From Mytilus californianus (Eukaryota), in NCBI RefSeq assembly GCF_021869535.1, contig NW_026262723.1, positions 100,998,001 through 101,062,000 on the forward strand: a DNA stretch of 64,000 bases, written 5' to 3'. The translations under genes were made by a program, and so were the position numbers. Under the pieces are notes generated by a model. The model worked only from the letters and a program-made list of their open reading frames with translations. It searched no databases and was not told where the DNA came from. Positions 50,696 through 63,416 of this stretch are shown piece by piece. How positions within the stretch are numbered: position 1 is the first letter of the stretch; each line of letters opens with the position of its first letter.

Positions 50696-53600
50696 ATGGC
50701 TAATAATGAGGAAAGGACCCCAAAAGGGGTAGAAAAGGGACTTGTAGCAATGTACAAAGTTCTTGATGGCCCTACATCTTGGGTTAAGGGTAAATGATTT
50801 GTCTTCTTTGAACTAGTTTGGACGCATTAAAGTTAACTCGAGCCACAGAAGGTCGGTTTTAACTTTTGTTTTACTTTACTCTTTAGAGGTCCCATCCCAT
50901 ATAGAGCTATACAAAACTAACGCTTTATGCCTTACCCTAAATCTGACCCTAACGCTGATCTCAACATTAGCCCTACCCCCAAAACTTATCTAATTGGAGA
51001 GCATGATTCTTATTATCTCCTTTGGGATCTCTGTGTTTCAAGTCTGCATGCTATGCTTATTTGGATTAAAGACGACTACCCCCTGTTGGGTATCGTAGCA
51101 GATTATCATATACTATGAAAATTGTTATAATTAATTTTCATGATTTCATATATAACTAATTTTATTCAGTATAAAATCCAGTACAAAAGGATCATCGCTG
51201 AAATACATGAAAACATAGAAAAAAAAAATAAAACAAAAGAGACAGCAAATGTGTGACGTATAACAAAAAATAGACAAAACACCCACATCAATATTATGCA
51301 ATTATTCCCACTGATGAATTTCTAATCATAATACATTTGTCTATATATATAAAAAGAAATCTGTTGAGAACATCAGTCTCTGAACAGTTCATTAAATATC
51401 TAAATTTATCAAAATTATCTAAATTACAAAAACATGGTAAAATATTAACAATGTCATCATTAAACTTTTTCCTCTCGTCATTCATAAATAAATTGAAAAG
51501 AAGGGGACTCAGTATACACCCTTGTTTTACACCAACATTTGAGAATATGGAATCAGTTAGTCAGGAATCTACCGGTAGTTTAACTGAATATCTAACACAT
51601 GTAATCATGTCTTTGATTAAATGGAAAACCCTGCCACTAATACCTTGCTCAAAAAGTTAAGAAAAGAGAAAATTCCTCCTTTTTCTAAGGTCAACAAAAC
51701 ACCAATATAGATATTTTTTTTGCCCTAAATATTTTATCCACAATAGATTTTAATGTATAAACATGATCAATTGTTCTGTTAGCTTTTCTAAAGTCTATTT
51801 GATTTTTACATAGTATGTTGTTCTCAGTTACAAATAAATCTAATCTGTTGCATAAGATCTTTACAAACAACTTACTTAGACAACTAGATATTGCTATATC
51901 TCTGTAGTTACATGTACTTGGATCTCTAACGTCTCCTGTTTTAAAAAGAGGTTTAATCATACTTTCTGTCCAACTACTCAGGCCATTCATTAGGAGGCGG
52001 TACCCGGTACTTTTACCCTCCTATGCTACAGATAAGTACCGCCTGAATTCAGAAATTTTTATATAAGATGTTCATTGAATATATTGAAAAGTACCACCTT
52101 CAAATAGGAATGTACCGGTCAACATGAAAGATAATGAAACCCCTGACTACTAGGAAATAAAGTTGATTTCAAAATGATATTGATAAGTTTGCAATTACAA
52201 TTCAACATATTCACACTAGAATGTTTAAGCATCTCATTACTTATACAGTCAAAACCTACACTTGTGTTATTCTTTAAACTTTTTATAGCTTTCAACACTT
52301 CCTGCATATTTATATCATAATCAAGTAAAACATTATACCTTGAAGGAAAATCATCCTGTTCATTACAACAATCTACATTTAAGAGTTTATCAAAATAATC
52401 ATACCATTCATCAGAGGGAATATTGGAACTCTGATCACTGATGTCCTTGTCAGAATATTTAAATTTATTAATAATATCCCAATAAGCCTTAGGATTTTTG
52501 TCTTCTAATTCCAGTAAGGAATCAAACATCTTTGCTTTATACTGTCGTTTTTTTTTCCATACTAGTTTTTTGAACTGCTTTTTTAGGTTATAGTAATTCT
52601 TCAACTTTTCTTCATTTACAGAACCCTTAGAGAGTGAACGAGAAGATTGGATTAAAGTATGATACATTGATTTGCACTCACTGTCAAACCCTAAACTAGA
52701 TTTCTTTCGTTTACGTTTTTTAGATTTAAACCTGTTACCCTTGGGAAGATTTAAATGACTTCTTATCTTATTGAGAATGTTGTGAAAAATATCTGTTAAA
52801 TCCTCAGTGGCTTCATCCACCCTGTTTCTTTGTAATACTCTGTCTTTACCTATGAATAGTTGTACATAAGATTCAACTTCCTTTGATAACATCATGTCTG
52901 CATAACATTTTTGAACCGCATTGTTCCATTATAAACCCTTAGGTATTGGTCTCCCAACTTTTTGTTGTACTTGAGAATAATTTAAAGATAGACATACATT
53001 TATAGGACAGTGATCAGAGTGGACGGTAAAATCCTTTACAGTAAAAAAACATACATTTTTAGCATATTATTACTAACAATACAATAATCAACAACAGCAC
53101 TACCATTATATTGATGGGAAGTGGGTTTGCCTTATGTATCACCTAAAGTTTGCCCATTTAGAATTCTGCTTCTAGATGATATGCAAAGCTCTAATAGGCG
53201 TTTTCCGTAATCATCAGTCTTAGTATTCTTTTTAGTACAATGTCTCCTATAATGTACATTATCTGCCAAATATGAATTAGGAAGTATATCTTGTAAACTT
53301 TTGATATGATCACATTAAAAATATTTCCAAATCATTTTTTATACGACCGCAAAAAAATTTGTGGTCGTATATTGATATGACGTTGGCGGCGTCGTCGTCG
53401 TCGTCCGAAGAAACATTGGTTTTCGCACTCTAACTTTAGTTTAAGTGAATGGATCTCTATGAAATTTTACCATAAGGTTCAATACCACAAAAGGAAGGTT
53501 GGGATTGATTTTGGGGGTTATGGTACCAACAGTTAAGGAATTAGGGGCCAAAAATAAGCATTTTCTAGTTTCCAGACAATAACTTGTGGAATAGTGTATG

Positions 53601-56600
53601 GATCTCTCTGAAATTATACCACAAGTTTCCATACCACAAAGGGATGGTTAGGATTTGCTTTGGGGGGTTATGGCTCAAACTGTTTAGGAATTAGGGGCAA
53701 AAAAGGGGAAAAACAAGGTTGTCCTGGTTAATGGACAAATACTTTAGTACAAAACATAATTTAAAGCAGTGTAAGGGAGATAAATCAAATACAATATTTG
53801 AATAACCTCCCTTACACTGCTTTTAAATTATGTATAAAGTAATGGTTAATGAACAATTAAGACAATTTAAAACAGTGTAAGGGAGGTAATCCAAATACAA
53901 CGTTTTGATTACTTCCCTTACACTGCTTTTAAATTATGTTTAAAGAAATGCATATTTATAAAGGAAGACCAGTAAAAATATCTGCAAATGTTGCATCTTT
54001 TTTTTTTTACTAAAAAATCCATATGAAAGATTTGACACCATATTTTAAATTCTATTATAAGATAGATTAAGTTAGCATTATGGTAAAAAGAAATTGTGGG
54101 GGGGTCATTTTTTTCTCATTTCAGATTTCAGAAATTAAAATGAATTATTCTTCAAATTTTTTTTTTTTTCAAATTTCAAATATTGAAAAATTTCAAGAAG
54201 TAATCTTTAATTGCACAGTATGGTGCATTAGATTTGTAAAATCTTTGACCACATTTATTTATTTGTTATGAAGAATCTAACCGTGTATTTAGATTTTTAA
54301 TTTTGGGTCCAGTTTTCAAATTGGTCTACATTAAGGTCCAAAGGGTCCAAAATAAACTTAGTTTGATTTTAACAAAAATTGAATATATGGGGTTCTTTGA
54401 TATGCTGAATCTAACCATGTATTTAGATTTTTTATTTGTGGGCCCCACTATCAAATTGGTACATATTGAGGTCAAAAGGGTCCAAAATTAAACTTTGTTT
54501 GATTTCATCAAAAATTGAATTCTTGGGGGTTCTTTGATATGCAAAATCTAACCATGTATTTAGATTTTTAATTTTGGGTCCCGTTTTTTAAATTAAGGTC
54601 CAAAGGGTCCAAAATTAAACTTGGTTTTATTTTAACAAAAATTGAATTCTTGGGGTTCTGTGATAAGCTGAATCTAAACATGTGTTTAGATTTTTGATTA
54701 TGGGCCCAGTTTTCAAGTTGGTCCAAGTTGGGGTCCAAAATTAAACTTTGTTTGATTTCAACAAAAATTGAATATATGGGGTTCTTTGATATGCTGAATC
54801 TAACCATGTATTTTGATTTTTGGGCCCCGTTATCAAATTGGTCCACATTGAGGTCAAAAGGGTCCAAAATTAAACTTTGTTTGATTTCATCAAAAATTGA
54901 ATTCTTTGGATTCTTTGATGAGCTGAATCTAACCATGTATTTAGATTTTGGATATTGGACCATAATAGGTAAATTAAAATTTTTTAAGTTCTTAGACCAC
55001 ATTCATTCTGTGTCAGAAACCTATGCTGTGTCAAATATTTAATCACAATCCAAATTCAGAGCTGTATCAAGCTTGAATGTTGTGTCCATACTTGCCCCAA
55101 CTTTTCAGGGTTTGACCTCTGCGTATCAAGCTTCGCCCAGCGGAGTATTTTATTGTAGTTTCCGGACAATAATTTGTGTATAAGTGTATGGATCTCTCTG
55201 AAATTGTACCACAAGGTTCCATATCACACAGGGAAGGCTGGGATTGAGTTTGGGGTTAATTGCCCCAAACGTTCAGGAATTAGGGGCAAAAAGGGGCAAA
55301 TAACAAGCATTTTTCTAGTTTCCAGACAATAACTTGTGTTTAGGTGTATGGATCTCTCTAAAATTGTACTACAAGGTTCCATACCATAAAGAGAAGGCTG
55401 GGATTGAGTTTGGGGGTAATTACTCCAAAAGGGGGGGTGGGGGGTTTAAAAAGTTGGGGGGATTTTTTTTCCAATTTTTTGGGGGGGGTTCATTTTTTTT
55501 CAAATTTTTCAAATCTTCAATTTCACAGTATTGCTTTATAGCAAGAAATCTTCAATTGCACAGTATTGTGCAATAGCACAGTAATTGACAATAGCACAGT
55601 ATTGGGCAAAAGCAAGTAATCTTCAATTGCACAGTATTGCGCAATAGCAAGAAATCTTCAACTGCACAGTATTGCGCAATAGAAAGAAATTTTCAATTGC
55701 ACAGTATTGCGCAATAGCAAAAAATCTTCAATTGCACAGTATTTCGCAACAACACAGTATTGCGCAATAGCAATAGAGGAAATCGTCAGATCTACTCACA
55801 AGTCACATTTTGCTGATAAAGGTGGTAGGCTGTCACTCTTTATAGGAGTGATTGCCCAGCCCCTTAAATAAGGATTTTTGTTACCCTCTTTTGTGTTTTG
55901 AGCAAAAACTAAAGAAGATGGAGAGAAACTAAACAGACTAAATGATCAGGAATACAAGATCAACAAAACAGAGATTTTTCTTATGAATTCTATTCTTGTC
56001 TTCAATGTTGGAGAGTTTCCTTTGTTGAATATGCACATAGACCAAAGTGAGCAACACAGGCTCTTTAGAGCCTGTAGTTATACATAGGGTACACACAATA
56101 ACGACAGATGTAAAAATAGGTCATTGAAGGTCAATCATGTGTATCAATGTAAATAATTGGCCCTACCCCTCAGTCTGAGTCATGGTCTATTGACTTTGAA
56201 ACTTTTGCATGTTTTATTTTGAATAGGTATTTGGACTCTCTAAGACTTTTTTATACATGTACTTACTAATTTGTAAAGACTGATAAGAAAAAATAACCTA
56301 AACTCTTTTATACAGGGACTGGGTATATTGGTCTTGGGACTAGAATATGGCAAAAAACTCTGTTTTTTCTGCTTGTAGTTGGATAAGTTCTGACTCTTGT
56401 ATTGTATGTTTGCTGTAATGGTAAAGTAATAGTTGTGTGGTGAAGGCTAGTCTAAGCAGAAGGAAAATAAAACTTTATAAATTTAGTTTGTCCAGAGCAT
56501 GTGCATATAAACTCTTGAAAGTTGAAAGCCACAGATGTAAAAATACTTAAATACTTAAACAGCTACAAAATATAGTACTTTAAAGAGATTCTATATCATT

Positions 56601-59532
56601 GCAGAAACATTTGTACAGCCATTCCAGAAAAAATACCCATACTATCACAGAAGATTTAACCGAGTACCAACAATTGATCAATGTGATGTAAATGAAGCAG
56701 CATGTATATATGAAGCACAGGAACAGTGGAAAAGAGACAAGTAAGTTCAGCTTCTGATAGAAGATAGAACAGCATCAACTGGTTAATGCTTTTGTTAATT
56801 ATGACCATTATTTGAGAGTTTGAGACTGTATTGTTTCTTAATATTTTTTTGCTGGTACTCATGTTTTTTTTTTAGCTATTTTACTGTTATTAAAGAATTA
56901 AGTACTTTTCCAGTACTAACTTTTATTGTACAGTCCACTTTTGTTAACTAAAAGTTTATCAGACTGACTTTGAGTGATGAAAACAATTTGAAATTAAAAG
57001 AATTTTGAGATGTAAGGAGTAAATGTAAGGTTGTCACTGAATAGAAGTTCCTTCATAACATAAGTTCCAAACGGAAACAATATTCTGGAATATTATTTCC
57101 ACTGGAATAAATATTACAGTAAATGTTCCCAAACGGAATAAATGGTATAGAATATTTGTTCCAACAGGAACAGATATTATGACATTGTTTATAACAAAGT
57201 TTCCAGTGGAACTTCTGTTAGGCGGAACAAATATACGTTGACAAGGTAAATCTATATATATTGGGAGAGACAGACCTTTGACTTTGAGAGAACAGCAAGT
57301 TTGAGATGAGTTAGAGACAATGGGAGTCAACTGTATGTTCTATGTACCTTTTGTAAGTCCATTGATTGAGATTAAAAAAGGGGTAGGGATGAGATCTCAG
57401 AGACTTATGACTTGCCATAAGTTTTCCATTTGTATGGGCAAAGAAATATTACTGGTACACACATTGTATATCAAAAGTTTCTAAACTATGATGTAAAAAA
57501 AATAATATGTTAATTTTTTTAGCAAGATAACATTTTATAATCAATATGCAATTTGTTTGTCTAGAACATCTTGTTTTCAGTTTATTAAAGTACTAGTCAT
57601 TATATATTCATTTCAAGTTACAATTTCAAAGGTACAATTTGAGTTATTAATAAGTTGACCTTTTCATATTTTTAGAATGGTGGACAGTAAAATTGTAAGA
57701 ATATTGAAAGATCGGTATATAGATTGTAATTACTATGAGGGAGAAGATGCACCTGTAAAGTGTGCATCCATAGCAGCAGTGAGTGAAGAGGCAGCCACAA
57801 ACTGGTTTATAAAATGTACGTATTCTTACATTGTTCTTTCTCTGCTCGTAATTATCTGTCTTCACAAAAATACTTTTTGACTTGCAGGCAATGAAAAAAT
57901 CAGTCTTTCATAAGATTTCTTTATATTTATATGGCTTGTGAGGCATCTTTTCAGAAAATTTTACTGGCCATTCAACATTTTGCTGGCCTGGGTTGTAAGG
58001 TTTATGGTTAATTGTGAAAACTGCATTATTGTCATTTGCATTGTTAAACTAAACTGAGCCTGTTTATTGGTTAGTATTACCAAAATTTATGCTATTTATA
58101 CAAATTTATTATTTAGTACATGATATATTGAGGATAAAACTAAGGTAGGGACTATAAGATATTTTATGACAACTACTTTGAAGACAATAATTTCAGTATT
58201 AATTTGTTCCTTACCATCAACTTCTTATATGCCAACTCTTTTAACAAACTGTTTTTAAAATCCTTATGGTGGAGTAATAAACATTGAAATTAACCTTTCC
58301 TTGAATAAGTCTTAGGTTTTAGTTAACTTTTTGAGAAAATATGTTCCAATTTTAAAATAAAGGTACTTTGACATAAAAAGAAAACTAAAAAAGATAAAAA
58401 GTTTTGTACTTTTAGGTTATAGGTTTAAAATTTTAAAACTCTCTGCACATTTGGAATTCATTGCAAGAACCTTGAAGGGGTTCAAAGATGGCCTGTCGAG
58501 TCTTTTGTAAGGCAAAACTTTGGTTCAAATCCAACATGCCCTCATTTTCAAGTGTCTGTCCATATTTTCTGCCTTCATCTTAGTCAATCCACCTTGCAGA
58601 GTCTACCTATTAAACTTATTGTTAATTTGTTCTGGTCCTGAATATGCATTGGATTTTTGCCAGTAGATTAATTGAATGATAGTTGAATTGTAAACAACAA
58701 TCAATCAATCAATCAATCTAGTGTCAAATATTTGCCACTAGCAAAGATCAAGCAAAATATTTTTTTCTCTTAAACATATTAAAAAAATTTCTGGTATCTT
58801 GTCATGTTTTTTCAATATCAAGAAATGTTTTAAAAAAAAATGTATATTCAGTGTCATGAGTTTGTTAAGTGAGTTATGATTTAAAACAAATAATCTATTA
58901 TAATTTAGTGTTGTCTTGCACATCAAATCAATTGAATGAAAAATGAAAATAACTTCAACTGGATAAATTGAATCTTTGGCAGTGATTAGATATTATAAAA
59001 TATTATCAAAATAGAAGGTCAAAATGAACATATTTTATACAGTCAAGACATCAAATAAGGACATAGTAATTTCAGTCCTCATATTTACTGTACTTCTATA
59101 CCTCTTCATTTATTACAGATGTTCTACAATTATGTCTAAGAATACTACACTACCAAACTGTGGGTAGCCCCCTGCCCAAAACTGGTGTATTGTCACTTGC
59201 ACATCTTTTTTTTTTTGCAGTCAAATTTCTGGCAAAAAAACCTTTTAAATGTACAAGGTTTTTAGCCATTTTCTGGTAGTATCTGGTTGTACAAGGTATT
59301 TCTTGTAAGAAATAAGTTATCCATGAGGCAAGAATACACTTTTTGAAAGACTGTGAATAATACAGACATTATACAACATCAGTTGATTTATATTTGCATG
59401 TTTTTTTTAAGCATTACTTATTTATCCTTTGTAGATGGTGATTTAGGATATAATTCTACAGTTGTTGAAGCTTACATGAAACAAAAGCATAGAATGATCT
59501 GGGAACGACGAAAGTCAGCTGAAGCTGTGTAG
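50696..59532 (+). CDS. NDUFB10: NADH dehydrogenase (ubiquinone) 1 beta subcomplex subunit 10 (PDSW), 4 exons, 155 aa
   Basis: Exons 50696-50789, 56605-56740, 57676-57815, 59435-59532 (468 nt, phases consistent). Translation MANNEE...LDGPTSWVKETFVQPFQKKYPYYHRRFNRVPTIDQCDVNEAACIYEAQEQWKRDKMVDSKIVRILKDRYIDC...C...YGDLGYNSTVVEAYMKQKHRMIWERR aligns with recalled NDUFB10 motifs. AATAAA at 59562. Confidence 0.93.
51300..53290 (-). mobile_element. Degenerate LINE (CR1/L2-like) ORF2 remnant, antisense in NDUFB10 intron 1
   Basis: Endonuclease remnant (TDDYGKRLLELC; SDHCPI), linker (ORF 52119-52895) and RT motifs (YRDIAISSCLSKLF; NQIDFRK; GVKQGCILSPLLFNLFMND), then an abrupt jump to C-terminal sequence. 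Confidence 0.88.
53336..55775 (+). mobile_element. Composite family C HINE-like element with ~130-bp satellite-like core and 35-bp terminal array
   Basis: Starts TTTTTATACGACCGC...GGTCGTATA plus a (GTC)n tract. ~130-bp repeats at 54290-54960 (GGTCCAAAGGGTCCAAAAT) and ATTGCGCAAT-containing units at 55560-55775. Confidence 0.7.
57042..57217. mobile_element. Uninterrupted paralog of the same MITE, in NDUFB10 intron 2
   Basis: Same TIRs and shared internal blocks (GGAATATTAT..CC.CTG..A..AAATATTACAGTA; CATTGTTTATAACAAAGTTTCCAG.GGAACTTCT). Confidence 0.7.
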
Positions 59533-60659
59533 ATTGCTCTGACAGTTTCATATGAATCTTTAATAAAACATTAGTGAAAGAATGATATTTGTTTGAAATA
59601 GTGTATTGTGATGGCAAATAAATTTATATTTGTGGAAACTTTGTCTCATTTTATTGTTAAGCAAGGCTTAGTTTGTTGGTTTTAGGATCTGCCAACCTGA
59701 TTTTTTCAAATTTTTAGAAAAGGAAAAAACTTGTATATTCCTGCTTTTTAGATCTCACCAGCCCTAGAAAAAAATTATCCCTAAAATGTAAATGAAATAT
59801 ATTTGCAGAAAATATTTCACCTTGACCACTGTGCTTGTGTTCTAAAATAATAAATCTAAAAAAAGCCAATAGCAGCAGATAAGGAAATGCACTTTAAGCA
59901 AATAATTTTATGGAATGAAAAGTAAAGCACTCAGTATAAGTAAATAAGAAAAATGTCAATCAGTGAAAATTAAAAAAATCTGTTTTCAAATTTGCTGCAT
60001 ATTTTGTTGCTGAACAAGCTTGATCCTTTATAAACTTTGTAGAGGAAACATAAATTGGAAACTCAAATGCATGAATTGGATCAAAATGAATCCAACGATT
60101 CAAACAAAAATGTGTCAGTGTTAAACTAGTTTTTACCACACCTGGGCTAATAAGGCCATATGAGCTCATTGTAAACTTTTTCAAAAATCTTTTCCTCTAA
60201 AACTGCAAAACCAATTTGAACCAAACTTGGACTGAATGATCCTTAGATCCTTAGAGTATCTAGTATAAAGTTTTTGTTTTTTATTCATGTCTGTCAAGAA
60301 TTATGGCAGCCATGGCTTAAAAAGAACAACAGAGTAAAATGCTTTTATTGTCCTATGTCTTATATCTTGAAAACTATAAAAGAAAAAATCAGGGGCAAAT
60401 TTGTTTAGAATGTCAAGATCTACATTCCTCCTGTTTGCATCAAAATTATCAGAATACTTCTTAAGGAGTTATTGCCCTTAAATGACAATTTTTGGCTAAT
60501 TGTCATGTTTTTGCCTATTAACTCAAAAACTCTATTAGTTAGGTAGAAACTTTTATTTGCGAAAGAAATTAAACCATTCCCAAGAATCAGTTAGTGTTTA
60601 CATAGTCATATAAATTTTTGCAAAAGAAACTGTTCCATTGAATAAATACAATGAATATT

Positions 60660-62600
60660 GTTTCTGTGGAGATCATTCAATTGGAACCTTGAATTTCTCC
60701 CTATTAACCAATTGGAGATTGATAAAATTTGTCCTACAAATAATAGATATTGTAAATATTACAATACTTTCATTGTACAATGGGGGCTAACTATGCATCA
60801 CTTATTGCAGACCTGTTTCTGTATTGTTATGAATCACAATTTATGTTTAAAATTAGCCACAATCAATCAAAAAAACATCGGATAAACAAATTTAATTACC
60901 TTTTTTTTTTTTTAGATATTTGGAGGATATTTTTGGCTCTCAATAATGACAACTTTAGTATGTACACTCAATATATATGTTCCTGGTACACTAAAGATAT
61001 TTATCCTATTGAACTTACTTTAAATAAAGCTAATACTAACAATGATCACTACTTTAAATAAAGCTAAGACTAACAATGATCGCTATTTTAAATAAAGCTA
61101 ATACTAACAATGATCACTACTTTAAATAAAGCTAAGACTAACAATGATCACTACTTTAAATAAAGCTAAGACTAACAATAATCACTACTTTAAATAAAGC
61201 TAAGACTAACAATGATCACTACTTTAAATAAAGCTAGGACTAACAATGATCACTACTTTAAATAAAGCCAAGACTAACAATGATCACTACTTTTAATAAA
61301 GCTAAGACTAACAATAATCATTACTTTAAATAAAGCTAAGACTAACAATGATCACTACTTTAAATAAAGCTAATACTAACAATGATCACTGCCCTTTCAT
61401 TTCTAATGAGAAACTTAATACTAAAATTTAGGATAAAAGAGATCATTCTTCATTTTCTATTGTTAATTATTCGTTTTTAGATGTGACGTTCCCTTGGCAC
61501 CATCATAAGGTGTTTATTTATCTCAACATGTTTGATTTGGTTGTGTATGTAACAACGTATTTGATTTTAACAAAAGAAATCTCACCATTTCTGAAAAATA
61601 TTTACACCAGGGTTTTCAATATCACAAACTTGACAAATTTTACTTAATTTTATTTCAAAACAAGGACATCATTCATAAATATGAATCAATGTGTAGACGT
61701 CTTATACATTCATGCATGTCACATCCCATCTTTTATGGCAATATTCTATACAAATCATAAAAATGTCGTCATTCACCTCAAAAGATAACCAAACCTTTAA
61801 ACAGGCTTATTCTTAAGGGATATAGTTATGATGTCAAGTCATTAAAGATGGCATTTTTAAAAATTAATATTGATAAGAATTGATTGATTGATTATTTGGT
61901 GTTTAACACCACTTTCAGCACTATTGTGCTATTTCGTGGCGATCAGAATTAAATTTTTGGAGGAAGCTGGAGCGCCTGTAGAGAACCACCTACCTTTGAA
62001 CTCACAATTTCAGTGTTGGCAGGCTAGTGATACAGTGTAGTTTGACTACCTAGACCACTCACTCACCGAGGCCCCCACTCATGAGGTCTTTGCATCCGAA
62101 ATAAACACATTTATTCTAAAACCAGTTGTTGGCATGATACGGGTTATGTTTTTCTTGTATAATTTATGATGGCATGATACTAAACCCCTAACGGGAGGGA
62201 TTGTGGTTGATTTTCATATGATGAAGACATAACCTTTCGATCAGTTTAATTGAGGTCTGAAGCTGGCATGTCAGTAACTGCTAGTAGTCCTTTGTTAATT
62301 TATGTTGATCTTTGTCATTTGCTTATTTTCTTTTATTACTTATTCTAACATCAGACTCCGACTTCTTATGAACTGAGTTTTGCTGTGTGTTTGTTTATTC
62401 CACTTTGGCTAGAGTCAGGAACCTCTAGCCTTTGTTAGTCTTGTGTGTTTTTTAAATTTTGGATCCATTTGTATGTTTCGAAGTTTTGTGTGGGTGCGGA
62501 ATTTTCTCGCTGTGTTGAAGACCCATTGGTGGCCTTGGACTGTTTTTACTCTTTGGTTGGGTTGTCTCTTTGACACATTCCCTGTTTCCATTCTCTATTC
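60660..62600 (+). mobile_element. Degenerate Penelope-like RT element
   Basis: MGANYASLIADLFLYCYESQFM (RT motif), IYPIELTLNKANTNNDH and downstream homology to 21715-22940; frameshifts and stops. Confidence 0.65.
61021..61391. repeat. 34-bp minisatellite, ~11 copies, inside the Penelope-like element
   Basis: Unit TAAATAAAGCTAAGACTAACAATGATCACTACTT, period 34. Confidence 0.95.
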
Positions 62601-63416
62601 TACAATATGTATTGTAAAAAACTTAGCCTTTTACTAAGTGGGCAATTAAATTCACAAGTTGAGGAAGGGTGCACAATATTGCCAAAAGATGAAACAACAA
62701 ACAGCAAAAAAAAAAAGTGAATATTTAGCATCAGTAAGCCCTTCAAAGGGTAACTTAAAGGTGTTTGAGAAGGGTAAGCAATTTCTGCTACACTATTGGA
62801 ACACATTTTATTGCTTCACTCAAAGATAAATATACCCCACTGTAAAAGTGGGGCTATATTGCAATCACATTGTCTGACAAATATCTTGGTCACACTTTTC
62901 TCAAACTACAACACAGAATTACTTCATATTTGGTCACAGCTCAACATTGATGATTGAGTACTTTTCAAATCTTTTGAATAACTGCTTTCTGTTACCCAAT
63001 ACTTTGGATTTTTCATCATATTTTTCTCAGAAACTTTTCAACAGAATGACTTCATATTTTTGTCACCAGCTCAATAGTGATGAGCTTTTTCGGATCTGCC
63101 AGATAATTACTTCCTGTCTTTCGACACTTTAAATATGAGAAGTGGTTATATAATGCTTAGCACAACAATGTATGCATTCTTGTTAAACCTTAATCCAATG
63201 GGAATTACTTTTGTACTTTTAATTCCATTTAATGATTTGTTGACAGCTCAAATGGAAAATTGATTAAGGTATTGATGATGTTTCATCTTTAATGGATAAA
63301 ACTATTTTCAAATTGATGATTTTTAGAAACTTTAATGTAAAAAATTACTGTAACAATATAATTTAATTCGATATTTGCTTTAGAATTTCCTTTGGTTCCA
63401 TAAACTTAATACTGCT

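Noticed and set aside
59600-63400. RPS2 or another gene downstream of NDUFB10, as in the human locus
   Set aside because: No recognisable exons were found in the remaining window.
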